A stretch of DNA of 64,000 nucleotides from Amoeboaphelidium protococcarum X5 (GCA_023515725.1 JALDTO010000215.1:85052-149051), one strand, 5' to 3'; shown: positions 39,844 to 53,539, counted from the first letter of the stretch. Program-made: numbers and translations. Notes: generated from the letters alone by a model not told the origin.

Positions 39844-40853
39844 TTCCTTTTTGGCTTTTTTTATTTCTATGCAAGAATGAGCAGTTAGTGAATTGTAAGT
39901 TCAGTAGAAAGAGGCGTGTGGTAATATGCGTACGATTGTCTTTAACGCGTTCCATCATGTACCGGCTACATGTTTCCAATTTTTGGGCATTTTACACAAT
40001 GTATAAAATCACTCGGGAACTCTAAAATGGCTGGTATAAACTAAATGTATTATCGATTAATTTACTTTCAAGACTGTTAGAGGGAAATAGAGGGAAAATA
40101 AATTTGGTATCAACTGCAGGAGTCGCAGTGTTGGAGAAGTTGGACTTGACATTTTCCAATGTGTTGATATAAAAATCGTGCTGTGAACAAACTTAAACTC
40201 CCATATTTGAGTTACCTCTCGCGTTATGATCTGAGGCAACAAAGGTTACAATGAGATTCTGTTTGTCTGTACCAACATCTTTGAGTAGAGAAACTCTTTG
40301 TCTCAAGTGTTGATAATGCGATGCATTCTGCCTTTTACACTTGTCAGATACCCACCGATATTTTCAGCACCGGAGCATTGAGAATACAAAAAGAAGAAAT
40401 CAAGGGTGGATTTGGTGTATTCATCGTGAAATGCAATATCGATATCAAATACATGTTGTTAATTGGTCTGGACGCACAGTATTTGGTCTACGATAAATGA
40501 TATATACAACGAAAGCACTAGCTAATTTTATCTGCTGACCCTTTGGATGTCTTGTGATCGCGTTGTATTACTGAGAACACTGCTACTACTGTATATATGC
40601 ATCGAAAGTAACAAATTGATGAGCGACTGAACAGTGATAAGCTGTACACCATGAATATTTTTCCCTATAAGTATATTATGGTAGTTTTACTTCCCTGCAC
40701 TTCAATAACATTATCTCTGCCAAGCCGTTGCCATTGTCGCGAAACTGCAGTATAAAAATAGATTCTGCATAATTTAAACATCAATGAGAGGATACACTTG
40801 TTACACTCTTCAAGCCTTGATTAATACTATATACTCATAATCAAGTGACCATT

Positions 40854-41914
40854 ATGAAAGTATCGGATTATAACTTATTCGTCCAAAAGCTCAATGATGA
40901 AAGCACCAAGACTGGATTCGGTACGGTTTTAGCATATTCACTTGAAACAATTTGATTTAATTCTAATGTGTAGGGATGTTTCTGACTTTCCTGATGCCTG
41001 TACTAGTTGGTTCATATGGATTATACGCTGGGATGAAGGCGGCAAATGATCCGCCATCCATATCAACCACTTCTTATCCAGCCTACTCCAAAGTTTATGT
41101 CTCCAATTTTCAATGTGTCGCGCCAACAGGTTGTTTCGTATCGCTGAATTATAACGGTCCGGCGTCAGCCTCTTGTCGTCAAGCCATAGTTGAATAGGCA
41201 AGCTAGTCTGATGACTTACAACGTTGGGTTGACTAACAGACCAAGACTGTGTCGAATGCGTGCTCCCACTTTGCTGCGGGCGAGAATTTCCGCGTCCCTT
41301 ACTGTTACACGGTTGACGCGAATGATGGTCTGCAGTTCCTGTGGAAGAAGAATCAGCAATGCAGCAACTATGGCGCATTAGGAACCAAGGTGGCTGATCC
41401 CAATGCACAATGTCAGACTGCAGTTCAAATTCAGCAAATCTCCGTTAATGTTTAGCAGAAGCAGACTCAATCAAACTGGCTGCCATTATTTCCTGGTGTC
41501 TATCTTATGCTGGGACAGGAGATTGTCATGAACGACAAGAGTGTTCAGGCAATGCAACCGGTGCTTGTACAAGATGTTTTTTCTATTGGCGCAAGTAACA
41601 TGTGCTGCAATGCCATGAGCAAGTCAAACTGCACCCAAGCTATTGCCAATGATTACTACGCGCTCAATGGCTCAAGTATAGTGACTATGAGAGGTCAGTA
41701 TAGCGCCACGTTGTTTCGCTTGAATCCCTCGTATGATGTTATAAGTGTAACGTACAGCAACATTCCGCTTGTTGTTGCAAATGCGATTGGTTCCATCTAC
41801 AGCATTGTCTTTGTCGCTTGTAGCACTCTGGTGTTGATGTACGTTCGATTCTTCAACATTGGTCCCATCTAATAAGTTGGTAATCAACAAGCTCAAAAGA
41901 CAGCTAGTATATGA
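40854..41914 (+). CDS. Two-transmembrane protein with large Cys-rich loop (intron 40921-40973)
   Basis: MKVSDYNLFVQKLNDESTKTGFGMFLTFLMPVLVGSYGLYAG (TM1), about 10 Cys in the loop, IPLVVANAIGSIYSIVFVACSTLVLMYV (TM2). Confidence 0.8.
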
Positions 41915-42084
41915 AACTTATGCCAAAAATTCAATGGTTAAAAAATGAAATTTCTAATCAAATCTAATCAAATCATAACATGTCCCTTGAGGTTTTCCAG
42001 CGCGCGCGTGTCATCTTTCCTTATTAGCCAAGCATTCGTCTTCTTCACACAACATTTCAAGGCATTACAGCCAATAAATTCATT

Positions 42085-43053
42085 ATGAGACGCGACGACT
42101 TTAGGCCGCCAGGTGGAGCTTCTGGACGTCCACCTCCCCGTCCATATATGGAGGATATGCCACCGCCTGGAGAATTCCAGCCAGAGTTTGTGCCTTATGA
42201 TCAGTAGGACATGCCGCTACCTCCTCCTGGTGCTGAATTTGAATATGGTGGATATGACGAGTAGATGCCTCCGCCTGGACCTGGTGGCCCTCCTGAAGAT
42301 CCCTACTTTGCACCATATGGACCGCCTCCACCTATGGGTGGTGCTCCTTTTGAAGAGCCGTACCGTCCTCCATTCCGTCCTCGTCACTAAGGATTTCGCG
42401 TACGTCCGCATTATCGCCCTTATGGTGGTGGTGGCCCTGACTATTATGGACGTCCTCCTCCATCTGGTCCTTATTATGGCCGTCATAGAGATTATCCGCC
42501 TCAATAGTTTGATCCTTATGGTCCTCCCCCACCACATTCTCATCATCCTTACAGTAGAGGCTATGGCTATGGGCCACCAGTCAGGAGGCGCCCTCCTCCG
42601 CGATACCGAGAACCTAATCCAGAAGAGGAAGAGCTGAAGAAGCAGTCGACAACACTATGGATCGGAAATCTGCCGTATGATTATCTCGAACCTTAGTTAG
42701 TGGACATGTTCGAGCAGTACGGAAACATTGTGAAGATTACCGTGCCGATCGACAGATTTACTTAGAAGAACAAGGGATTTGGTTTTGTTCAGTTTGAGCG
42801 CAGAAGTGACGCTGAGAAGGCCTTCGATGGAGTTAAAGATCAGGAGGTGGAAGGTAGACGCGTCAGAGTGGACTGGGACATTGGAATGGAGCGGAAGGGA
42901 ATCATGGACGTGGACAAGAGGCCTGCTGGTGTTGTGGATAATCCTAATGAAGGCGTGGAAGATGGCGCGAATCCTTAATAACGTGACAGAAGCAGAAGTC
43001 CTCAGGCTAGAGATGGAAATGAAGGAGGAGGATACAGAGCGGGAAGATATTGA
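42085..43053 (+). CDS. RRM RNA-binding protein with Pro/Tyr/Gly-rich N-terminus
   Basis: RNP2 LWIGNL, RNP1 KGFGFVQF, RVRVDWDIG; RDRSRSP tail; the ORF track shows only wrong-frame shadows. Confidence 0.9.
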
Positions 43054-43438
43054 GAATATTTATGGCTTTCATTTACTGTAATGTGGAAGTTGAAGTGGGG
43101 AGTAAGCATTGTTGAGATTGTAATAACCATTTGTGCGGACAGTGATCGGGGAATAAAAATTTACATAACATCACTATTTTTGGACATTTGGAATTTATAT
43201 TTGATTTGATTCAGCAATTTCATATAGAACAGGATAGATATTTTGATACATAGAGAGGACATTACGGTTCATGTGCGTAGATGATGATCGATGTACAGAC
43301 ATCAGTACCTCACCACCAGTTGTTAAGTGAAAGTTTGACTACCAAATGAAATTTACATAAACAACACTGCTTATATCATTTTTATTTTACTTTTCAAATT
43401 TTTTCATCAGTAAACATCAACAGAAGTATTCAGTACGA

Positions 43439-44467
43439 TCAAACCATAGAGTCAGTACTGCTGATCATTGGACTACCGTTGACTAAAGGCGCGTTAGTGT
43501 CTGCACCGAACGAAGCCATGCTAGCATTGCTACCAGGTGCATTCTGAGCCACGCGTTGATTCAGAGCACTTTCACCCATTGTGCTTGTACCAGCATTCTA
43601 TTGCGTAGTTCCCTGAAGTAGAGGCTTTGAAGTCGCAGCTGGTTTGTGCTAAGCACGCGCTCTCTTTGCCAGCAATTCTGCACCATTAAGTCTCCACTTC
43701 ATGCGAACCAGAGTGCCAACTATACCAGAGAGAGCACAGTACAGAAACACATACAAAATAGCCACCTCAAGACCAGGATAAAATAAAGTTGTAGTGATAC
43801 CAAGCGCACTAGCTACCAGAGAGCACCACGCACAAATGATACCATGATTAGCGATGATAGAGTATAAAGCACTTGTTGGAGTCTCGACCACAGATTTGAG
43901 CTCTTTAATATAGCGATTCAAGAATACCAATTGCATAACATCCATAGTAATCAGCTGCAGCACAGCGACAGCTAATATGAAGGTGGATGCGCGAGTGGCG
44001 ATTATTATGAAATTAGCGTGATAGCTTCTATCTATCAATGACACAAAACTGATGTTGATAATAGCGAACGTGACGAAGGAGATGGAGCATCCGATAATCA
44101 GATAGCGATACCATTTGAAAGACACGTACGTCTCCAAAATAGGTGCACTTCTCAAGTACAGCAGATTGATGTAGCAAATAATGAGCAAAGCCAACAATGC
44201 CTACGCAGTCGGACCATAATACTGATTCGGTCCCAACCACAGGCCATCATAATAAGGAAAAGCTATTGCCAGCGCACCAAAGGTACAGAAGCCAAATAGA
44301 CCGGTATGAAGACCAATCATGAGATAATCAAACTTATTCTGAGCCGGAGCCTTTCCATTGACGCGTTATAGATACAGGTAACTGATGAGAGAGACGGAAG
44401 CACCCAAGCTGAACAGCGCGCCAAAACCAATGATCCAATACTAGGGGGTGAACGTATAATTTGACAT
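43439..44467 (-). CDS. Orphan seven-transmembrane (GPCR-like topology) protein
   Basis: 342 aa, seven hydrophobic segments, short N-terminus with NYT sequon, Ser/Thr-rich C-tail. Confidence 0.75.
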
Positions 44468-45017
44468 TTCTATTTCTATTGAATTATTTTTAAATGCGAT
44501 TGTCAACTTTATTCGGATATTATTCAAAAAAGAGGAGTAGCGGTAAAAGCTGAAACACTTTATTAGATCCGAACACAATTGGATTTAATTTATTTCGCTC
44601 GCCAGATATCTAATTTTAGATCAAAGATCATCAAATGGAAGGCGCATATTGAAAGTTACAGTTATCTGCATCAAATAACCAAATTTGGGCTACTTAAATT
44701 TCAAAATTTTAAGAGAAGGAGATTGAAACAAATATATAAAAGCTAAATGTGGCAAGTATGAGTGAGGCAAATTGTGAATGGATTTTTAAGGGGCGAGTGC
44801 AATCGCTGCTATTTTCAAACTTAACCTTAGCGACTGAAATTTACCGCTTTTAATCGATTTTCATCTAACAGCTCTTCTTTTCTCCACTAAAATACACATG
44901 AAATTACTACTTTCTGGTCCTTACTATTCCAATGATTGAATAGTGATGACTTGTCAGTGATATTGAAATGATGATACCAAATAATCTAGAGTCAAGCAAT
45001 GAGCTTTCATAGCTATC

Positions 45018-45978
45018 ATGATTAAACATCTACAACGGTATCTGATCTTTATCTACTTACTTTCTGTAACTTCTGAATGAAAAAGCAAAATCAGCTGTTA
45101 TTGTTAGTATCAAAGCTTTGGAAGAATCTATTGAAGTAATTCTAAAAAGGTAGTATCCAGATGATGACTTTCAGGCCCACGTCCAGGCTGTAAATGGATA
45201 AAAGTACTTTCTGCTGGTAGACATCTAAGAAGAGCTGAGAAGTACTCGTGGACGTGCATTTGATCTCTTGAACGGATGCCTGCTCTATGATATGAAAAAT
45301 CAAGGTGAAAACTTGAAAAATTTTCATTATTATGGTGTGGCGCGTGTGTCTCCTTGTACTGTGACTCCTGAAGAAGTGGCAAAGTCTAACCATTTGGGTG
45401 TACTGAAAGCTTTAATGACAAAGATACTGGGAGTGTCATAGCTGGAGTCGGAAGTCTTCCTCTATAAAGTGAAGTGTTCCGAGAGTGTTAAAGGCATGCA
45501 AGGTTGGAAAGATCTTAAGATCGCCTCTTGGGAGAAAAGAAGGATATATGAGAATAAACGTGTGCTGATCTGGAACAATGGCGCGGGGTTCTCCGACTCG
45601 ATTGACAGTCTCCTGGACGCCTGCAAATTCTTTGATTACCTGGCATACTTTGACTGGGACTTGTCTCTGACCGAAATTCGTCAACGATTGCATTTTGTTT
45701 CATGTAATTCACTGATGAAAGTTTTGCAGCAACTAACCGCTATATTTGACAACATCAAGAATCTGGGCGGTTTCCATAGTCGCGAGGCTTTTAAATAGGC
45801 TTTCAAGTTAAAGCAACTAATGCCATATCGCGACTATGGTAATGCCTATTCGTTTCTGGAGCAGATAGTTATCTAAAATGCAAATATCAGGCGTCGGAAC
45901 TGCAGCCGTGGAAAGCAAGTTTGGAAACTGATGGTAGAAGAAGTTCCTGCTGACTCGGATGATGAATGTATTGAATGA
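45018..45978 (+). CDS. Hypothetical protein (start and possible intron 45038-45107 uncertain)
   Basis: Frame 1 is open from ~45046 to TGA 45976-45978 under code 6; no family recognised. Confidence 0.6.
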
Positions 45979-46263
45979 CAATAATCGTAATAAAGTAATA
46001 CTGTTGTCACTTGAAATTTTCTATTTCAACATTCTTTTAGAATCTTCAGATATATTTATTAACAGGTTACTTTGTTGATACGCGGAACTCAAACTATGCT
46101 ACCTCACCATCATCTGACACTTGATCTTACTAAATAAAAATAGTTCAATGACCTGCAACACTATAAGTAATCTACAATGTTAATATTTAATACATCATTC
46201 GCATAAAGCTTAATGAAGGCTCTTCGTAGGCGACGAGTCCGACAATAAAATGAAATTTCTTTA

Positions 46264-47865
46264 TCATTCAATCCTATTCATGAGCATCTTGTGCGCGTTT
46301 TCTAACCTCTTTCTAATGGTGTCTTCAGGCAGTAAATCTAAAATATCTCGTAAAGCTTCCCCATTCTTCTATCCAGTCAAGGCCCATCGCAATACGCGTT
46401 TAGACAATGCGCTATCAACACCTAACTCTTACGCAGCTCTCTCAAAGCTACTATAGTCTTTCAACTTTGTTGATGATAAACTCGCCATCAACTTTTCAAT
46501 GTAGAGCCTTGTCTCTGGCAACTATACTTTGATCTGTTGCGTCAACTAATTAACATTTAATTGTGGATCGCGGAAGAAGTAACTACTCGCCATCTTGAAC
46601 TCTTGCATTGTCCTGACTTAGGGAACCAGAAGATTAAACACCTTTACCTTGTAATGATCATCAAACTGAGAATAAGCCGCATCCAGTGTATTGTCAATCT
46701 CCTTCACCAGGGATTAACTATCCCACTTAGCCATTTGCATCAGCCAGCTTTGATTAAGACGACCGAGTTGTGACGGATCAACCACACAATTCTTACCAGA
46801 GAACACGTCCCGTAGATTATCTATATCAACCAATTTTTCAGCGATATTTTAGTAAAAATCTGACAATGAACTCTGATAGATCAATGGTATGTTGTTCTTC
46901 ACGTATTGCTAATTCATGCCCAAAGTGAGAGCGAAATATGCCAAAACTTGAGGATAATACCCATCAGACAACAACTACTGAATAGTTCCCATGCCACTAC
47001 CATCCTGACTAGAACGTTTAGATAACTTGGTACCGTTCCTATTCATAAGAAGAGGTAGATGTGCATATCTAGTACTGTTCTTGTTAGTAGATGATGGAGA
47101 TACAGCGGATAAGTATCGCGACAGAATAATGTGCTTCGGCAATGAGCTAAACCATTCCTCACCTCTTATAACGTGACTGATACCAAATTCTTGATCATCA
47201 ACAGCATTAGCCAGATGATACGTAGGATTACCATCAGCTTTAAGTAGGATAGAGTCGTCCAAGTCTTTTAGTTATATTTTCAACTTACCCTTCATCAGAT
47301 CGCGAGTCTATGACAACTATCGCGCAATATCTAGAGAATTTTAATCGTTGGATAGAGGTACTTTCAACCGAATCGTGCTGACTTTATCTTGTATTGGAGA
47401 AGGCGACTATTATTATTAAGCATCCACTGATGATAAGCGACACTTTCTGTCATACGTAGGGATCTGACCTGACTGCAAAGCTTGATCGCGGATTCTTTGT
47501 AATCGTTCCTAAGTACAATTACACTGATAAGCATATCCATGACTCAATAATTATTACGCGCTCTATTAGTAAGTCTTAGTCCTCTCCGACTGTAAAACCC
47601 GTCTGCTATACTTGATGCCGAAAATGTCCATCATTCGATCCAGCTATTGCAAAGAGCCAGCGTTAAATCGCGTTCTATCAGTATCATCAATTCTAAATAT
47701 CATCTCCCCATTGTACTTTAGCGAATATAATTAATTGAATAACAACACTCTAAGCCCACCTAGATGAAAGTCTCCAGTAGGACTAGGCGCAAATCTTGTT
47801 CTAAATATTGGCATATTCTTGGATAGCGATTGATTATAGACACTCCGCTAACGATATAAACTCAT
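46264..47865 (-). CDS. MSE1: Mitochondrial glutamyl-tRNA synthetase
   Basis: [58 protein letters not shown]. Confidence 0.95.
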
Positions 47866-47942
47866 CACTAAAATTGATCGCTCGCTCTAAAGTTTCGCGA
47901 TCAGATCAGAAGATTTTCAGTTCGCAAAGCAAAACGCGCAAA

Positions 47943-48803
47943 ATGTCAACATTAATCATGAACGAGGAGGATTAGTTGGAGTTGCAGGCATATCAAGAAA
48001 GTCTGCGCAGTGGAAGTGTTAGATCTGGTGCAGCAGATAAGAAGTAAAAGAAAGTATTCGCCAATAATGTCAATCTGATGAAGGAGCGCGCGGCAGAGAT
48101 GGAGCTGTCTCGTATCGCAGGTCATCAGTTGGAATTTCTGGATCATCTTGTTCATGTTGTCAGTCCTTTATCCGCTGCTGGTGGTGATGATGATAATGAT
48201 CAGTAGTAAAAGTAGAAGATTAACGCTGAAGATGATATTAAGCGCGAATTGTCATTCTACTCTCAAGCACTTGCCACCGCTCAGTACGGTATCAGCAATA
48301 TCAAGCCATTCTTCAGACCTGATGATTACTTTGCCGAGATGGTGAAGAGTGACGACCACATGACCAAGATCAAGACTCGCATTGTGGAAGAGCAGGAGAA
48401 GATTAAGTAGAGTGAAGAGGCGAAGAGAAGACGTGATATGAAAAAATTTGGTAAGAATGTCAAGGCTGAGGTGCTCAAGGAGCGATCCATCTAGAAGAAG
48501 CGTGAAGCTGATAAGATTGAGTCTTTCAAGAAGAGACATAAGCGGAATAATGATGATGCACCTGGTGACCAGTTTGACATTGATGCCATTGTCGGCGATT
48601 CTGCTGCTGATAAAAAGAGATCGCAGCATAAGAAGCGAAATGGCTCTCATTCTTCATCAAAATCTAAGTTTGAGCGCGTAAAAGCTGGCAAAAACTCAAG
48701 TCGCAGCAGCAGTGGTAGTGGTGGTGCAAAGAAGGGTGGCGTTGCGAAAGCCGCTAGACCAGGCAAGTCCCGCCGTAAAGCTCAGTCAGGCAAAAGAAGA
48801 TGA
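47943..48803 (+). CDS. EBP2: rRNA-processing protein Ebp2
   Basis: DDIKRELSFYSQAL, PFFRPDDYFAEMVKSDDHM, KKFGK, C-terminal RPGKSRR. Confidence 0.93.
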
Positions 48804-49050
48804 GTTGCTCTATACAGCTTACGATTAATCATTAACGAAATGAAGTATATCTCTTTGTTATCGAATTTGTATAGTTCTTTCACTTTTAAGAATTCGTCTG
48901 AGCTTGTTATATCATTGCAACGCGTCAGATGATTCCACAAAGCCATTCGCGTTTGAACTCGCTCGGTCCATTTCTTCACTGCTTCTCTATAGAACTTCCT
49001 GTAACTCAATTAAAGTCAGTTCGCTTTTATCATAGAATCATCGCTACGTT

Positions 49051-50607
49051 ATGGTCGATACTGTTTTGAGATTGTCTTGCTCTATATAGACCTATAAGTG
49101 GGGAAAGAAGGGTAGCGATTCCATGGTTGCTCAGTTGGGTCAGAATGCATCACACCAGTTTGAAGCGAAAGCGGATGAAACTTACGCTGAGCTGTGGATG
49201 GGCTGTCATCCATCCGGACCATCATATCTGTGGGGAACCAAGACACTGCTCGCTGATCATTTGAATTAGAATCCTGAGCTTATTTATGGCAGCTCTTAGC
49301 AAGTACGGGATGATGCTATTGATTCCAGGTATGTCAACTCGCTTCCATTCTTGTTTAAGGTTCTGTCTGTGAACACTGCGCTGTCTATCCAAGCTCATCC
49401 TGACCTCAAGTTGGCCAAGCGGTTACACAGCGAACGACCACAATCATACAAGGATGGGAATCATAAGCCTGAAATGGCAATAGCTTTACCTTAACCAGAG
49501 GGAGCATAGTCATATAGAAACTTTTAAGCTCTGTGTGGCTTCCGTCCATTGGAAGAAATTGCCATCTATTTGGAAACTTATCAGGATTGTGTCGCTGATG
49601 TATTTGGTGGTAATTAAGTGGTGGATGAGTTTATAGCGTATGTCAGGGATCTGGGCACTATTAAACGTCGCGCTTCGCTCTCATCAAAGTCTGAGGCTCA
49701 AGGCGGACATAACTAGACTCAGCAGTATGATGAAAAAGATATTGCCAGAAATAATGATAATGACAAGCAGGTGCTCAAGAAGTTGTTTGAATGTCTAATG
49801 AAAGCTGATCGTTAGCAGGTAGTTGGTGCTATTTGTTCAATTCTCGATAAGATTGCGTCGTAGAAAGGAGCTGAGTTTTCTAGAGGATCTATTGAGGCGC
49901 TGATACCTCTGCTCAACAGCTAGTACCCGGATGATGTTGGTGTACTGGCTCCGTTCTTACTGAATTACGTTGAGCTGGATCCTAGTGCCGCAGATGCGCT
50001 CTTTCTTGGACCCAACGAGCCTCATGCTTACCTGCATGGAGATATCATGGAGTGTATGGCGTCATCAGATAATGTAGTCAGAGCTGGGCTGACGCCAAAG
50101 GAACGCGATGTTGATACGCTGGTGGAAATGTTGACGTATGAATCTGTGGCTTCAAAAGATGTTCCGTTTCCCGGGATCCCAGTAAAGGATGAGCAGCATC
50201 CTAGAGGTCTTGATGGAACTCATCTGAGTGTATGTGATCACTAAAAAGTTGATGCTGATGCTGCGGTATCACTATACACTGTGCCTGTGGATGAGTTTAA
50301 GATTGCTAAAATTGTTTTGTCTACTAGTAGTTGTCCACACACAACGTTTGGTGCAATAAATGGCCCATCTATTTTGATTGTAATCAAGGGTGATGGTGAG
50401 ATGAAGGTTTAACATGGCGCTGCTTCATAATAAGCGTCGGAATATTCTGATGAAATGATATCAGCGGTGGAGAAGTCGTTTCAATTACATCAAGGCTATG
50501 TGTACTTTATAGGTGCAGATACAAAAATCCTATTAGAAAAGGCGAAAGATTGCGATACCCTCCTGGCTTATAAGGCCTACTGTAACATGAGTGACTTTAT
50601 GAAATGA
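49051..50607 (+). CDS. PMI40: Mannose-6-phosphate isomerase (type I)
   Basis: [70 protein letters not shown]. Confidence 0.97.
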
Positions 50608-51002
50608 GCATTTCAATTATTATGATATATTAAACTAGTCATATTATCAAGACGCGTTTAATGGTACTAGATTCAACGAACTATGAACTTTAATTTGAGT
50701 ACAATCGGTTCGATGTTAAAAGAGCTTTTCAAATCAATCAGCAAAGGTTGATAAAATTCAAATAACGATGAACTGAGAAAGCTGACAAATGGAAAGGCAT
50801 CAGATTTTAAGAGTAAAATGCGTCTCACTAACAACTCTCAATCATCCCCACTCATTCAGCTTTACGTCAATCACCAAACTGGCCGCAACTAACCTTGTGA
50901 TTCGCCTATTTTTATCACCAATCACGCGTCTTACCAGTCTTCTTCTTTAATTCACCTTCACAATTTCATAATTTCTTCTTCATTGTGAAACGACACGAGA
51001 CG

Positions 51003-51617
51003 ATGATGATTCCCGCAACGAAACTCATTGTCAGGGTCTTTTTGCTGCTTGGAGTCACGCTTGCATCACTTCCACTCCTATTACTTATTGCACAGTCATC
51101 TGATACTTTGTCTGTAAACGCTGCCGAATATTAGTCGTCGTCGTAAATTGAGTAGATGAATAGCCAGGATTATACTAGTATGAGTGTCGAACAATTGTCC
51201 AGTAGATATCAGCAATTGAAGAATATAACGTCGCATTTTGATGAGCGCCCCCATGATAATGCAACTACTGCAAATACTACTGATAATGGAGCTGATGTGG
51301 ATACATTTAATGGAGAAAAGCATTAAGTAATGATGGCGCTGGGTGATAAACTGGGTTGGAAGGGCACGAAATGGGAATAACTACTTGATGCAATGGGTGA
51401 ACCGGATGAAATTACTCACGATCTGGATAATCCATATCAATCTGCCCCATTCATGCCTGGTCCTGTAATTCCAGAGGGATCACCACCAGCTGATTAGTAA
51501 GAGGGTGATGTATACTTGCTGTATTACTGGCGCGGTAGACACGACTTTCTGTGGTTTCAAATGGCCGAGTCGTCAGAGATTATCCAGAAGAGCGATTGGC
51601 ATTACACTCAAGAATGA
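51003..51617 (+). CDS. Uncharacterised secreted or membrane-anchored protein with MGEPD and YYWRGRHDFLWF motifs
   Basis: 204-aa open frame, hydrophobic N-terminus; absent from the ORF track. Confidence 0.75.
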
Positions 51618-51892
51618 TAGCAAAAAAAACTTGAAATGTTATGAACTGAAATAAGGATTGTTTTATTGCTTTTGATATACGCGCTTCTTTCATTTCTTTT
51701 CAATACAAAATTTGAGCCATTTGAATGACTTTTTTAAATCATGAGCAGTTTATTTTGTTGATTCACACCTTTGTTGACCTCTGTGAATTTCCTTCCCATT
51801 GCCGATCTTGTTTCGCATTTTGACAAGAATTTATTTCTTTTGTATTTTACATTCAACCATTATCACTGAATAAAACATTCAGTAAACTGTAT

Positions 51893-53539
51893 ATGCTCAA
51901 ATTGGTCCCGCATAGGAGAGAATCATCTGTTGCTGCGGTAGATGATTTAGAATCTCCATTGAGAGAGGTTTTCAAGTCTATCAAGTTTCCCAGTGCTCGC
52001 TCATCTACTAGCACTATCGATTCATCGTATCCTCGTTACTCTTCTAGTAGACAATATACTACAATCCATTTTAATAATCTATGGTCTAATCTAAAACAAT
52101 TTTTGCATGTTAATATCAGTGATCTGTATGAAAGTTTTAGACTTCAGCTGCCTGTTACTAGTCTGATTAGCGTAATTTTATTTAACTTTATCGTGACAAG
52201 TCTAGCTCTGGTATCAAACAAAGTTCTCCTCACTTATTATAATGATTTCAAGATGAACTTTATGTATCTCTCACTGTAAGCAATATTTGGAGCTTTGTTA
52301 TTATTGATTGCCAGAGGATACAAGCTGGTAAGAATTCGCCGTGTGAGACTGAAGGATTTGATGATATAGATTCCAGTCAGTTGCTGCCTAGTGCTGATGA
52401 TTTACAGTTCCAGCAAGAGTCTTGAGCATTGTTCTATTCCCCTGTTTATGATTTATAAGAACATGGGCACCATTCTTATTGTATTTGGAGAGTATTACGT
52501 GTATAACAGGTAACTTAATGCCCAGTTTTTGGTATCATTTATTTTATTAGTATTCGCTGGTGGAATGGCTGCCCTCATATCAATGTCTTTTACAAATTCA
52601 GCTGGAACAGATTATTAAATGATGATTAATAAAACTGATGTGGTTGGATTATATTGGATGTGTTTAAATTCAGTCTCTGGCTCTCTATTTGTATTAATGA
52701 TGAGGAAGAGTGTCTCCTAGTTGAAGCTACACGATCCAATTGATACCATATTTTACAATTCTCTGATATCGGGGCCTCTGATGTTGGTGATTAGTCTTAT
52801 AACTGAAGATTGGAATGGATTTTATGCTCAATATTTCGGCAATATTCCTAGTGAAAATGGAGCATCTCCGCGAAGTTACTTGGTATTTACATTTGTATGC
52901 TATGTCGTGTGTTCAAGTGGTGTTCATTATGCTTCTTCCCTCTGTTCTCAAGTCACATCTCCGCGATGGTATGGTGTGATATCTGCTCTTAATAAGATTC
53001 CAATGACTCTGGCAAGTATGATATTCTTCAGTGCTCATACTGCCAGATTCACTTCTAGTATAATGTCGTGTCTTGCTGTATCTAGTTTTGGTGCCATTTT
53101 GCTGAATTGGAGTCGATTGCAATCGTCGCCAATGATGAGATAACAGTCTCAAGAGTAAAAGATTGCTCTATCAGATTATAAAAGTGACAATGCTTCACAA
53201 TCCAAGGATATTCCCGAAAGTGATAGCCTGAGCGCATCTACTGACAGCATAGACAGAAAACAACATGTCAATAGAAATAATAATGAAGGTGAAGAGTTGA
53301 GCCACGGATATGTTGACTTTTTACTCATTGGAGTGGAGACGCATTCTGTGCCGGCTCATTAAATAAACTGTGTTATAATTGGACAGAAATTATTATTAAA
53401 TCAATTTCTTTTTTCCATTTTCACTAAACATCTTTACCAAGGTACGCCAACACTCCACCAACCAAGTGCAAACTTCCAGTTACCAAAACAGGAGTTTAAT
53501 CTTTGCAGTCGGAGCGCAATGTGTTTATTAAATTCTTGA
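51893..53539 (+). CDS. VRG4: Golgi nucleotide-sugar (GDP-mannose-type) transporter; 3' end ambiguous (53362 or 53539)
   Basis: SNKVLL, MIYSSSKSL, IPLFMIYKN, DTIFYNSL, TSPRWYGVISALNKIP (GALNK-like motif). Confidence 0.8.

Noticed and set aside
42101-42637. Overlapping ORFs such as 42113-42637 (+) and 42217-42546 (-)
   Set aside because: Shadow frames of the Pro-rich RRM gene starting at 42085.
48782-49009. Possible LYR-like small protein on the minus strand
   Set aside because: TTG start, overlaps the EBP2 end, and only superficial motif similarity.
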